Below are positions 1 through 9,524 of a DNA stretch of 64,000 nucleotides, one piece after another; position 1 is the stretch's first letter, and every line of letters begins with the position of its first letter. The translations under genes were made by a program, and so were the position numbers. This DNA comes from Candidatus Nanoarchaeia archaeon (GTDB lineage Archaea; Nanobdellota; Nanobdellia; Pacearchaeales; GW2011-AR1), in the NCBI GenBank assembly GCA_028711165.1, contig JAQTST010000001.1, positions 232,857-296,856 on the forward strand, read 5' to 3'. The notes under the pieces were generated by a model. The model was not told the origin of the DNA. It searched no databases and saw only the letters and a list, made by a program, of their open reading frames with translations.

Positions 1-118
1 CAATTTTGTTGCCGTCTTCTTTTTCGATTATGACTTTTGAAGCAGGAATTTCTTGCTGGGACATTCCCATCTGTTTCATAACAGCCTGCATTTGTTTTGG
101 ATTAATTCCCGGAAACAT
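1..118 (-). CDS. nac: Nascent polypeptide-associated complex protein (aeNAC), 5' part; runs off window
   Basis: Manual translation MFPGINPKQMQAVMKQMGMSQQEIPASKVIIEKEDGNKI matches the archaeal NAC N-terminus pattern. Confidence 0.85.
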   Translation of the reverse strand, partial: MFPGINPKQMQAVMKQMGMSQQEIPASKVIIEKEDGNKI

Positions 119-119
119 T

Positions 120-275
120 TTATTTTATAAAAAACCCGAGCGCGACTCTGAACACGACTATGAGAATGACGAATACGACTATGTGGGTTGGTTTTAAATT
201 GAATTTACTTTCGTATTCTTCCTTGAATTTTACTAAACCGCCCATTCCTGATGGAACATTTACTCCGTCTGCCAT
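120..275 (-). CDS. secG: Preprotein translocase subunit Sec61-beta (SecG)
   Basis: 51 aa, not in ORF track: MADGVNVPSGMGGLVKFKEEYESKFNLKPTHIVVFVILIVVFRVALGFFIK; GGLxxF-EE motif plus C-terminal TM helix. Confidence 0.85.
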   Translation of the reverse strand: MADGVNVPSGMGGLVKFKEEYESKFNLKPTHIVVFVILIVVFRVALGFFIK

Positions 276-325
276 ATTTTATTTACAAGGATAAGGTATT
301 TAAAAGTTTCTTGATTGTTAGGAAT

Positions 326-2695
326 ATGGCTATAGCTGATGTGAAAAACTGGAATATTGAACTGGAAAAAAAGATTACTGACAAATGGAAAGTATCTGAA
401 TTGTTTAAATTCGATATTAAAACAAAGAAAAAAATTTATTCTATTGACACGCCTCCGCCATATGTTAACGCTCCGATTCATATTGGACAGGCAATAACTT
501 ATTGTTACATGGATTTTTTTGCAAGATATAGACGAATGAAAGGATTTGAAGTAATTTTTCCATTAGGATTAGATAGAAATGGTTTGCCAATTGAAATGGC
601 TGCTGAAAAAGCCTTCGGGGTTTCTCCATTCAGGGATGGGAGAGACAAATTTATTGAAGCATGTAAAAAACTTTTGGAGCAGACTTCTTCAGAAACTCAG
701 GACACTTTTGCAAAACTTGGAATTTCATTTACTTCCTATAAAGAAGGAAATCATGTTGGTGCAGTTTACAAAACAGATTCTCCAGACTATAGGAAAATAA
801 CTCAGGCAACTTTCATAGAACTTTTCAGGAAAGGTTTGATTTACGAAGATAACAGAATAAATAATTGGGATCCTAAACTTCAAACTACAATTGCAGATTC
901 TGAAATTGAATATAAAGATATTCCCTCAACTTTTAATTTTGTTAAGTGGAAAGTTAAGGAAACTGGTGAGGAAATTATTATCGCTACTACAAGACCGGAA
1001 TTAATTTGCACTTGCGGGATGGTTATCTTTAATCCGACAGACAAAAGATATAAACATCTCGAAGGAAAAACTGCAATCTCCCCAATATTTAACAAAGAGA
1101 TTCCTATCAAATCAAATAAAACTGCTGATGTAGAAAAAGGAACAGGTATTGTTATGATGTGTTCTGCTGGAGATTTGTCTGATATCCAATTTTTCAGAGA
1201 ACAAAATCTTGAACCGAAAATTGCGATAAATATCGACGGAACTATGAATGAACATGCCGGAATTTTGGAGGGATTGAAAGTTAAAGACGCAAGAAATAAA
1301 ATTATTGAATTGCTGAAAGAGAAAAAATTATTATCCAGACAAGAACAGATAACTCACAGAACACCTATCTCTGAAAGAAGCGGAGCAGAAATTGAATTTA
1401 TACAAATGCCTGAATTTTATCTGAAGCAAATTGAATTCAAGGATGATATCAGAAAAATTGCTGATAAGATTAATTTCTTTCCTAAAGAAGCAAGAAAAAT
1501 TCTTGATGACTGGCTTGATTCAATCAAGATTGACTGGCCTATTTCACGACGGAGATTTTATGCTACGCCGATTCCTTTATGGATTTCTGGAGAATTAATT
1601 GCTGTAGGAAAATCTGGAGAATATTATGAACCTTGGAAAGAATCTCCTAAAAAAGATTTTGAAGTTTTCAAGAACGGGAAAAAAACAGGTGTAGTTGGAG
1701 ATTTCAAAGATTTAAAATGGGAAGGAGAAACAAGAGTCTTAGACACATGGATGGATTCTTCTATTTCTGAACTTATAATGCTGAAATATAAAACTGATGA
1801 CGAATTTTTTAAGAAATCTTATCCTGCAACTTTGAGACCGCAAGGAAAAGAAATTATCAGAACCTGGCTTTACTATACTTTACTTCGGGGATATCTTGAA
1901 ACCAAAAAACCTTGTTTTAAAGATGTCTGGATTAATCAGCATATCACTGATAAACAAGGATACAAAATGTCAAAGTCAAAAGGGAATGTTGTTGATCCTC
2001 AAAAGCTTTTGAAACTTTACGGAGCAGAAGCAATCAGACTTTGGGCTTCTATTGAGGGAGATTTGTCCAAGCAGGATTTGAAATGTTCTGAAGAAAAAAT
2101 CAGTGCAGAAGTTAAGACTCTGAACAAAATTATTAACGTTGCAAAATTTGTGAATCTTTTTGAAAAGCCTTCGAGAATTAAGTTAACTAATCTGGATAAA
2201 TTATTCGTTGATTATATTGAAGATTTGACTAAGAGAACTGATGAATCTTACGGAAATTATGATTTTTATCATCCTGCTTTAGAGCTTAGAAGATTCTTGT
2301 GGGAAATTTTTGCTTCGCATTATATTGAAATTGTGAAATCAAGAGCATACAACCAAGAGAATAAATTTTCGAAAGAAGAGAGCAATTCAGCGCGTTATAC
2401 TCTTCATTATCTTTTTGAAAGATTTTTAGTTTTAATGTATCCGATTATTCCCCAAATAACTTCAGTAATTGCCGACGACAAAGGAATTAATTTATTGAAA
2501 GAAAAATTTCCTGCGATTGTCAAGACAAAATATGAATTTAACTTAATTGAAAAGATAATAGAATTTAACAGCAATGTCTGGAAAGATAAAAAAGAGAAAG
2601 GAATTAGTTTAAGAAATGAAATTGAAGGAATTAAAATTCCGAAGGAATTAAAAGCTTTTGAGAACGATTTAATTTCTGCACATAATCTAAAATGA
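326..2695 (+). CDS. valS: Valine--tRNA ligase
   Basis: DTPPPY, HIGQ, DWPISR, DTWMDS and KMSKS motifs; start moved to ATG 326 because 251 overlaps secG. Confidence 0.95.
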   Translation: MAIADVKNWNIELEKKITDKWKVSELFKFDIKTKKKIYSIDTPPPYVNAPIHIGQAITYCYMDFFARYRRMKGFEVIFPLGLDRNGLPIEMAAEKAFGVSPFRDGRDKFIEACKKLLEQTSSETQDTFAKLGISFTSYKEGNHVGAVYKTDSPDYRKITQATFIELFRKGLIYEDNRINNWDPKLQTTIADSEIEYKDIPSTFNFVKWKVKETGEEIIIATTRPELICTCGMVIFNPTDKRYKHLEGKTAISPIFNKEIPIKSNKTADVEKGTGIVMMCSAGDLSDIQFFREQNLEPKIAINIDGTMNEHAGILEGLKVKDARNKIIELLKEKKLLSRQEQITHRTPISERSGAEIEFIQMPEFYLKQIEFKDDIRKIADKINFFPKEARKILDDWLDSIKIDWPISRRRFYATPIPLWISGELIAVGKSGEYYEPWKESPKKDFEVFKNGKKTGVVGDFKDLKWEGETRVLDTWMDSSISELIMLKYKTDDEFFKKSYPATLRPQGKEIIRTWLYYTLLRGYLETKKPCFKDVWINQHITDKQGYKMSKSKGNVVDPQKLLKLYGAEAIRLWASIEGDLSKQDLKCSEEKISAEVKTLNKIINVAKFVNLFEKPSRIKLTNLDKLFVDYIEDLTKRTDESYGNYDFYHPALELRRFLWEIFASHYIEIVKSRAYNQENKFSKEESNSARYTLHYLFERFLVLMYPIIPQITSVIADDKGINLLKEKFPAIVKTKYEFNLIEKIIEFNSNVWKDKKEKGISLRNEIEGIKIPKELKAFENDLISAHNLK

Positions 2696-3786
2696 AAATA
2701 ACTCTTGATGAACTTAGGGAGAAAGTCACAGAACTTGAAAGCCACAAAGGACGGCATACAGAACTGATAAGCGTTTACATTCCTGCGGGATACGACGTGA
2801 ATTCTGTTCAGAGGCAACTTGAAGCTGAAAAATCAACTGCGAAAAATATCAAATCCACGACGACGAGAAATAATGTTACTGAAGCACTTGAAAAAATTGT
2901 CCGTTATCTTAAAGGTTTGAAGAAGACACCTGAAAATGGTTTGGTTTTATTCTCGGGAAATATTTCTAAGGTTGAGGGGCAGATGGATTTGCAGTTGTGG
3001 GACATTGAACCGCCGACAATACTAAGGAACCGACTTTACAGATGCGACAAGGATTTTGTTCTTGAACCTTTGAGAGAGATGCTTGAAGTTTCGGAAATTT
3101 TCGGGCTTCTTGTCATGGACAGAAAAGAGGCGACAATAGGAATGCTCGAGGGAAAACGAATTGAAGTATTTCAAAAAATGACGTCGGGGGTTCCGAGCAA
3201 AGTCAGGGCGGGGGGGCAATCGAGCCAAAGATTTCACAGAATAACTGAAGGACTGACAAAAGAATTTTACAAGAGAATTGCTGAAGAGATGAAAAAAATA
3301 TTTTATGACATGCCAAAATTAAAAGGAATTTTAATCGGTGGGCCTATTCCTACAAAAGACGAATTTATCGACGGAGAATATTTGCCGACGAAGTTGAGAG
3401 AAAAAGTCATCGGCAGAATTGATATTGGTGATTCTGATGAAGCAGGGCTAAAAGAACTTGTTGAAAAATCCAGAGATTTATTGGTCGGGCAGGAAATTGT
3501 TGCAGAGAAAAAAATTCTGGAGAAATTTTTTGAGACTCTCGGGGAAAAACCTGACTTGGCTTTTTACAAGGTGGCTGATGTGAGAAAAGCACTGCAATAT
3601 GGTGCTGTTGAAACTCTGATTTTATCGAAGGCATTTGACAAAAAAACCATGAAAGAATTTTCAGAGCTGGCAGAGAATATTGGCTCTAATATTGAAGTTG
3701 TTTCTACTGAGACGACAGAAGGAGAGCAGTTCAATAATCTCTCTGGCGTCGGTGCTATTTTGAGATACAAAGTTCAACCCGCATAA
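2692..3786 (+). CDS. prf1: Peptide chain release factor aRF1
   Basis: NIKS, YRCD and GGQS motifs. Confidence 0.97.
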   Translation: MKITLDELREKVTELESHKGRHTELISVYIPAGYDVNSVQRQLEAEKSTAKNIKSTTTRNNVTEALEKIVRYLKGLKKTPENGLVLFSGNISKVEGQMDLQLWDIEPPTILRNRLYRCDKDFVLEPLREMLEVSEIFGLLVMDRKEATIGMLEGKRIEVFQKMTSGVPSKVRAGGQSSQRFHRITEGLTKEFYKRIAEEMKKIFYDMPKLKGILIGGPIPTKDEFIDGEYLPTKLREKVIGRIDIGDSDEAGLKELVEKSRDLLVGQEIVAEKKILEKFFETLGEKPDLAFYKVADVRKALQYGAVETLILSKAFDKKTMKEFSELAENIGSNIEVVSTETTEGEQFNNLSGVGAILRYKVQPA

Positions 3787-3818
3787 TTTTTTAAACTCTC
3801 TAAATAAAGTATTCTTCT

Positions 3819-4118
3819 ATGATTAATTTTATTTATTACCAACACGATGCAACATTTTTTGAGATTTTGATGAAATTATATGGTTCAGATAAGCCAATTC
3901 CTTCCTCTAACCTTGCGGAACAATCGTTAATAGATGGAAAAAATTTATTCGCTTATACCACTTTTTTAATAGAAAGAGGATTAGTTGAAACTCCCCAAAT
4001 TTTTCATACTGGTCATAAGTCTCATCAATTTTTTAGGTTATCTGATTCAGGAAAAAAATTAGTTGAGAAAATTATAAAACAATTTCCTGTAAGGGGAATA
4101 GATTTGGAAAACATTTAA
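3819..4118 (+). CDS. Hypothetical winged-helix-like protein
   Basis: 99-aa ORF; C-terminal LIERGLVE...FRLSDSGKK resembles a wHTH wing. Confidence 0.55.
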   Translation: MINFIYYQHDATFFEILMKLYGSDKPIPSSNLAEQSLIDGKNLFAYTTFLIERGLVETPQIFHTGHKSHQFFRLSDSGKKLVEKIIKQFPVRGIDLENI

Positions 4119-4142
4119 AATATTCTTTCTTTATCCTTATAT

Positions 4143-4685
4143 ATGAACCCGACAAGCAGGACTTTGGAGGAAATCGACGAGGCTCGCGAGAAAGAGGATT
4201 TGAAAAAACTCGAAGCTGTTTTTTTCGTGGCTGCGCGATTTCTCAACATGCAGGAACTTATTTCACTGACAGATTTGAATCCGATAATCCTCGAAGAGCT
4301 TATTGAAAAACTTCAGGACAAATACGAGAGAGAAGATTCTGCGATTGAGATTATCGAGAAAAACAAAATGTGGAAAATGGACGTGAAGCCCGCATACCAT
4401 AATATTATCAACAAACTTGCGGGCGGGAAATCTGAATTCTCGAAGGCAGAACAGGAAACCCTTGCAATAATTGCTTACAAGCAGCCGATAAAACAATCCG
4501 TCATAATAAAAATAAGAGGAAACAAGGCTTACGACCATATCAAAAAATTTGAAGATTTGGAGCTAATCAAAAAGAAAAGAGTCGGGCACACCCACGAACT
4601 TTCAATCAGCGACGACTTTTATGATTATTTTACTTTTCAGGAAAATTCTTCGGGTGGAAATGCACCACAAGAATCTTTAAAATAA
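4143..4685 (+). CDS. scpB: SMC-Scp complex subunit ScpB
   Basis: LEAVFF, ETLAIIAYKQPI and IRG motifs. Confidence 0.92.
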   Translation: MNPTSRTLEEIDEAREKEDLKKLEAVFFVAARFLNMQELISLTDLNPIILEELIEKLQDKYEREDSAIEIIEKNKMWKMDVKPAYHNIINKLAGGKSEFSKAEQETLAIIAYKQPIKQSVIIKIRGNKAYDHIKKFEDLELIKKKRVGHTHELSISDDFYDYFTFQENSSGGNAPQESLK

Positions 4686-4847
4686 GAACCACCTGCGGGT
4701 TTCCTAATACCTCCTGCGTCCCAGCAGGAAGCTGAACTAAGAACCCAAGGTTCCTAATACCTCCTATGAATATTTTCGCTGTTAGCGACTGGAATCAATC
4801 CAAGGTTCCTAATACTTTTCTATTATTATAAGAATCTTTAAAAATAA
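4669..4847. repeat. Family C repeat cluster: three GGTT(T)CCTAATAC(CTCC) units flanked by direct repeat AAGAATCTTTAAAA
   Basis: Units at ~4683-4714, 4736-4764 and 4800-4815; direct repeat at 4669 and 4830. Confidence 0.8.
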
Positions 4848-4865
4848 CAATCTCGGAATAGTGAA

Positions 4866-6089
4866 ATGGAGATTCTCTCGATTATTTACCTTTTCTACAT
4901 GTTTGTGTCGATTTATTTTCTTGCCTTTTTTTTAATTTTATATTTCAACAACAAAAAAACTTTATTTGATTTCCCAGCCACCCAGAAAAAATATTCAATT
5001 TCTGTTCTTGTTCCTGCATATAATGAACAGGCAACGCTGAGAGAGACAATCGAGGCGATTTTTGATATTGATTATCCGATTAAAGAAGTTATTATTTTGA
5101 ATGACGGCTCTACTGACAGAACGAGAGAAATCTCTGAGGAGCTTTTGAAAAAATTTCCCAAACTGAAATTAGTTAATAAAGAGAATTCAGGAAAAGGAGA
5201 TTCTCTTAATCAGGGAATTAAAATGGCTAAAGGAGAATTGGTTGTGGTTGTCGACGCTGACAGCTATCCTGCGAAAGATTCATTCGGAAAACTTGTCGGA
5301 TATTTTGACGACGAGAAAGTCGGGGGAGTTACCTGTTTTTTTGCCCCGAGAAACAAGAATACCTTTCTGGAAAAAATGCAGGTTATAGAGTACAATGTAA
5401 TTGCTCTCGTGAGAAAACTTCTTGGTTATGTCGACGGTGTTTATGTAACTCCCGGACCTCTGGCAATGTACAGAAAAACTGCGCTTGAGAAAATAAATGG
5501 TTTTGATTCGAAGAATATGACAGAAGATATTGAAATTGCCTGGAATCTCACCAATGCAGGATACGAAAGAAAAATGTGCCTTGCGACAAATGCAACGACG
5601 ACAGTTCCTAACAAATGGAAAGCGTGGTATATTCAGAGAAGAAGATGGGATATTGGTGGAATTCAATGCATCGCGAAATATAAAAAAGAATTTTTGAAAA
5701 AAGGAATGCTCGGAATGTTCATAATTCCTTTTTTTGTATTCACTCTTTTTATTGGTGTTCTTGGACTTGGTGTTTTTGCTTATTTATTTGTTACGAAAAT
5801 TATATCAAATTATCTGCTTGTGACATACTCTATTCCTGTCGGAGTTCCTATACTTACCATGGAAGATATTTTTATCACCCCGAGTTTTTTAAACTATCTC
5901 GGGATAATTTTATTTTTTGTCGGACTTGCGTTTACAATTATGGTATTATACACAATGAAAGAGAGTATACTGAAGAAACAAAATATTTTTAATATTATTA
6001 TCTATTCTCTTGTTTATCTTTCGGTTTATCCGTTTATTATAATCAGTGCAATATACAATTATTTTAAAAGGAACACGAAGTGGAGATAA
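4866..6089 (+). CDS. Membrane GT2 glycosyltransferase (processive, PgaC/cellulose-synthase-like)
   Basis: VPAYNE, NDGSTD, DAD, TED and QRRRW motifs; TM helices at both ends. Confidence 0.9.
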   Translation: MEILSIIYLFYMFVSIYFLAFFLILYFNNKKTLFDFPATQKKYSISVLVPAYNEQATLRETIEAIFDIDYPIKEVIILNDGSTDRTREISEELLKKFPKLKLVNKENSGKGDSLNQGIKMAKGELVVVVDADSYPAKDSFGKLVGYFDDEKVGGVTCFFAPRNKNTFLEKMQVIEYNVIALVRKLLGYVDGVYVTPGPLAMYRKTALEKINGFDSKNMTEDIEIAWNLTNAGYERKMCLATNATTTVPNKWKAWYIQRRRWDIGGIQCIAKYKKEFLKKGMLGMFIIPFFVFTLFIGVLGLGVFAYLFVTKIISNYLLVTYSIPVGVPILTMEDIFITPSFLNYLGIILFFVGLAFTIMVLYTMKESILKKQNIFNIIIYSLVYLSVYPFIIISAIYNYFKRNTKWR

Positions 6090-6090
6090 T

Positions 6091-6750
6091 ATGCTGATAC
6101 ATCATCAAAAGAGGATTTTTTTGTACGCCCTTATTTTGACTTTTTTCGTTTTCAACTTGGGGATTTTCATGGGGTATATGCTTGAATCGTCGAGGATAGA
6201 CAAAATAAATAATTTATATCTTGAAACTGAAACAGAACTGCTGGACCAAATAACGCAAAAAGATGCAATTGAAATGCTTAATCTTGACTGCGATACTCTT
6301 GTCGAGGAAAATATAAAATTCGGAGACAAAATTTTCGAAGAAGCATTGCTCATACAAAAATACGAGGACGCTAACCGGATTAATGATAATATAGTTTTTC
6401 AGCATAAGAGATTTGATTTGCTGAGAGCATTGTTCTGGATAAACAGCATTAAAATACAGCAGAAATGCAGTCCTAATTATCACAATATTGTTTATTTTTA
6501 CAAATACAACAACCCTTCAATTGAACAGGAATCGAAACAGAAATTTTTCTCTAATCTTCTGCAGGAACTGAAGGCAGAGAAAGGCGACGATATAATGTTG
6601 ATTCCTATCGCTGCTGACAATGATATCCCTTCAATTAATCTTTTAGTTGACAAGTATAAAATTGATACGCTTCCGACGATTTTGGTTGATGAAGAAATTT
6701 TGATGACTGAAGTTGAAAAAAGAGAAGACATAGAGAAATATCTTGATTAA
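6091..6750 (+). CDS. Membrane-anchored protein with C-terminal thioredoxin-like region
   Basis: N-terminal TM helix; KYKIDTLPTILVD resembles the thioredoxin cis-Pro strand; start ATG 6091. Confidence 0.6.
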   Translation: MLIHHQKRIFLYALILTFFVFNLGIFMGYMLESSRIDKINNLYLETETELLDQITQKDAIEMLNLDCDTLVEENIKFGDKIFEEALLIQKYEDANRINDNIVFQHKRFDLLRALFWINSIKIQQKCSPNYHNIVYFYKYNNPSIEQESKQKFFSNLLQELKAEKGDDIMLIPIAADNDIPSINLLVDKYKIDTLPTILVDEEILMTEVEKREDIEKYLD

Positions 6751-6790
6751 TTATATAAATCCTTAAAAAGTATTTTCTTTTCCAGTTAGC

Positions 6791-6850
6791 ATGTCAAGAC
6801 TGCAAACAGGAAGTTCGGGTTCATCACGTCAACAGGAGTTTGTCAAATGA
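6791..6850 (+). other. Putative 19-aa upstream ORF coupled to the next gene
   Basis: MSRLQTGSSGSSRQQEFVK*; its TGA overlaps ATG 6847; AGGAG at 6834. Confidence 0.35.
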
Positions 6851-7614
6851 ATGAATGTTTCAGGTGCGGGGTTTCGGGCGAAAGAGTGAGGCTGCACGAC
6901 GCTATTTCTAATAAAGGAATCGTAAAAGTCTGCAGTGACTGCGCGAACATAGAAAAAATTCCCATCATAAACAAACCTACTGAAAATCAAATAAAAGAAG
7001 CTCAGAGGCACAGGACAGTTCACGAGAGGCTTGTTGGGGTTGGGCTTGGAAAAAAATTGACGACGAGTCATGAAACTACCTTGAGAGATTTAGTAGACCA
7101 GAAATTCAAAAACAGAGGAGTTCAAAGTCATCCTGATTTGATTGAAAATTTTCACTGGAAAATTCAGCAGGTAAGAAGAGCGAAAAGAATAACCCGAGAA
7201 GAATTTATTAGGGGAATTGGAGAATCTGATGCGACAGTCAAAATGGTTGAGCAGGGATTTTTGCCTTCTAATGATTACAAAATTATTAACAAGATTGAAG
7301 GATTTTTAGGAATAAATCTTAGAAAAGCAGGGACTTCTGGATTTCCTGACACTTCAAAGTACAGCCTTGATTCTTCTATGAATAAAGAAGAGAAAAAATT
7401 ATCTTTTGATCCTGATTCAGTAAAGAACCTGAAAATTGAGGACTTGAAGGAGATGGATAAAAAAGTTGAGAAAAGCCAGAGAGGACTGTTTTCATTTTTT
7501 AAGAAAAAAGAAAAAAAAGTTGAGGAGGAATTTAAACCGATAGAAGGTTTTGAAGAAGAATATCCTCAGGATGATGAAAGGTTTTTAGATGAGGAGTTTG
7601 AAGAAGAAAAATGA
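6847..7614 (+). CDS. aMBF1-like Zn-ribbon + HTH protein with acidic tail
   Basis: CxxC...CxxC N-terminus; HTH region LIENFHWKIQQVRR...KIEGFLGINL. Confidence 0.75.
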   Translation: MNECFRCGVSGERVRLHDAISNKGIVKVCSDCANIEKIPIINKPTENQIKEAQRHRTVHERLVGVGLGKKLTTSHETTLRDLVDQKFKNRGVQSHPDLIENFHWKIQQVRRAKRITREEFIRGIGESDATVKMVEQGFLPSNDYKIINKIEGFLGINLRKAGTSGFPDTSKYSLDSSMNKEEKKLSFDPDSVKNLKIEDLKEMDKKVEKSQRGLFSFFKKKEKKVEEEFKPIEGFEEEYPQDDERFLDEEFEEEK

Positions 7615-7805
7615 CAACATTAGATGATTCCTTTAATTACAAACTTTGTGAATGCGGAAATTACGTTGAAGATGTCAGTTCTCCTATTGATTCTTTACCA
7701 ATCTGCAGAAATTGCCGTGGGCTTCATAAGTTTTATTATAATTCTATGAAAAAAGAATATGAAGAGAATTTGAAGAAGAAAAATGACAATCGAAAAAATT
7801 GCTAA
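7611..7805 (+). CDS. Small Cys-rich hypothetical protein
   Basis: CEC...CRNC; overlaps both neighbours as in an operon. Confidence 0.5.
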   Translation: MTTLDDSFNYKLCECGNYVEDVSSPIDSLPICRNCRGLHKFYYNSMKKEYEENLKKKNDNRKNC

Positions 7806-8061
7806 TAAATATAAGAAAAGGTTTCATCCAGATGAAGTTTGGGCAAATATTGAAATGGATGAGCTGAGGAGAAAAGAATGCCTTTGCATTAATTGTGAAA
7901 GAAAAAATGATAAACCCCCTTATAGTTCATGTCCTATCGCAAAGAAGCTATATGGAATATGCAAGGAATACGATATGGCTATTGCAGTTACAAGATGCGG
8001 GGCAACAGATACTGAAATAAATCTTCTCTACCTTCCATTAACTACTTCAAAAGATCAATAA
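7783..8061 (+). CDS. Cys-rich hypothetical protein
   Basis: CLCINC...CPIA...C; 92 aa. Confidence 0.6.
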   Translation: MTIEKIANKYKKRFHPDEVWANIEMDELRRKECLCINCERKNDKPPYSSCPIAKKLYGICKEYDMAIAVTRCGATDTEINLLYLPLTTSKDQ

Positions 8062-8097
8062 GGAAACTTTTATAAACTATTTTTCTGAATTCATACT

Positions 8098-8151
8098 ATG
8101 ACAGAACAAAGTTCAGCACAGATACAAAATCAAGGAGATTTTGCATAATGG
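8098..8151 (+). repeat. Family D element / 16-aa uORF ahead of rpoL
   Basis: ATGACAGAACAAAGTTCAGCACAGATACAAAAT...TTTTGCATAATGG; near-identical copy at 45015. Confidence 0.8.
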
Positions 8152-8411
8152 AAATTAATGTTCTTAAATCTGAGAAAGACGAGATTGAATTTGAAATTGA
8201 AAGCCTTACTTTAGCAGAGATTTTGAGAGTTTATCTTAACAAAGATTCTGCTGTGACTTTTGCGGCCTGGAAAAGAGAGCATCCTACAAAAAAGCCTATT
8301 ATGTCTGTGAAGACAAAAGGCAAGACAGCAAAGAAAGCAATTGACGACGCTGTTTCTGCAATCACCAAAGATTTGGACAGAGTTGAGAAAGACTTTGACA
8401 AGATATTATAA
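8148..8411 (+). CDS. rpoL: DNA-directed RNA polymerase subunit L (Rpo11)
   Basis: TLAEILRVYL...VTFAAWKREHP pattern; 87 aa. Confidence 0.88.
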   Translation: MEINVLKSEKDEIEFEIESLTLAEILRVYLNKDSAVTFAAWKREHPTKKPIMSVKTKGKTAKKAIDDAVSAITKDLDRVEKDFDKIL

Positions 8412-8643
8412 TCATATTTATTAATTCTTGATTTACTTTTTTATTCTGGATATTCGGTAATTTGGTGTGGATACTTCTGCAGTAAACTGGTTCATAGTTC
8501 TATTTGGCGGGAAAAGGAATAAAGAACTTGCCATGTTCTGCGGATATCATACTGAATTGTATAAATATTACAGATATGAATTTTGAGGCAAACAAGAGGC
8601 CGTTTCCATTTTCGAAAATTGGAAGAATGAGCAGTTTGGATAA

Positions 8644-9438
8644 TTATTCTTTTATTTCCAAAAGAGATTTATAGAAGTATTCTAAATCCGCAATAGTTTC
8701 AATCGGAGCACCAAATCTTTCAAAATATTTTCTTACAGATTGAGGATTTTGCTTCTCACTTATTTTTAGAAAAGGAATATTTTCGCTTAATTTTTCAACC
8801 AAAAAATTTCTTGTTTCTGGCGAAAGAGTTTTGATAATTCTTGAATATTCTTCTCTTTTCTCTTCTTCATTTTGATAGCCATTAGCGGTTAAAGTTCCTT
8901 TACTGTCTAAAGCTAAAGATTTCACTGCTTCTTCAATCCCCTTTGCTTTTGATTCAGATAATCTTCTTACTAATCCTTCATTTTTAGTTAACTCATTTTC
9001 TCTATCCGAAGGAGAATATTTTTTAAATCCAAAAAGATTTTTATCTTCATCTCCAAGATTATGAATATCTGTTATTATCATTGTTGTTTCTCTCTTAAAA
9101 AAATCTTCATACAACTGACAATAATTAACTGCTTGTTTCTTAAAATCTGGGAAAACTGCAATGACTGAGCCATCAGCTGTCATTAAATTTGTCCCAAGTC
9201 TTCCTGCTATCTTAAGATAATGACTTGGGGCTTCCTTTTCATCAGTAGACATACAAAATTTTTTCTTCCCGATGAAACAAAGATCATCCATTTCCCTCCC
9301 ACCATAACGCCATCCCCTAGTCCACCACGTATCAACAAGTCCCGCCTTATAATTTCCTTTCCATCCTTTCCCAAAAGAGGAAGCTACAAATTCATTGACA
9401 ATATCTACTGGATTTCCTATTTTGTCTATGATTTCCAT
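8644..9438 (-). CDS. Hypothetical protein
   Basis: 264-aa ORF with upstream TATA-like TTTAAA. Confidence 0.65.
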   Translation of the reverse strand: MEIIDKIGNPVDIVNEFVASSFGKGWKGNYKAGLVDTWWTRGWRYGGREMDDLCFIGKKKFCMSTDEKEAPSHYLKIAGRLGTNLMTADGSVIAVFPDFKKQAVNYCQLYEDFFKRETTMIITDIHNLGDEDKNLFGFKKYSPSDRENELTKNEGLVRRLSESKAKGIEEAVKSLALDSKGTLTANGYQNEEEKREEYSRIIKTLSPETRNFLVEKLSENIPFLKISEKQNPQSVRKYFERFGAPIETIADLEYFYKSLLEIKE

Positions 9439-9524
9439 TTTCTTCTAGATAGAATTTGCTTTTTAAAACTTCTTATTTAAAATAATATAACAATTTTTAT
9501 TAATCAATTATTTTCTTCTTATCT

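Noticed and set aside
251..325. N-terminal extension of ValRS
   Set aside because: Overlaps secG and the divergent promoter region; ATG 326 is preferred
473..492. HIGQ instead of HIGH in ValRS
   Set aside because: Within the tolerated variation of class I synthetase motifs; the rest of the enzyme is intact
2692..3786. Alternative genetic code
   Set aside because: aRF1 motifs are intact, and conserved genes end normally at TAA, TGA or TAG without internal stops
4683..4815. Mini CRISPR array
   Set aside because: Only three short degenerate units, structured spacers, no cas genes, and a solo unit dispersed at 25129
8412..8643. ncRNA or pseudogene after rpoL
   Set aside because: Only short broken frames and no recognisable structure or repeat match
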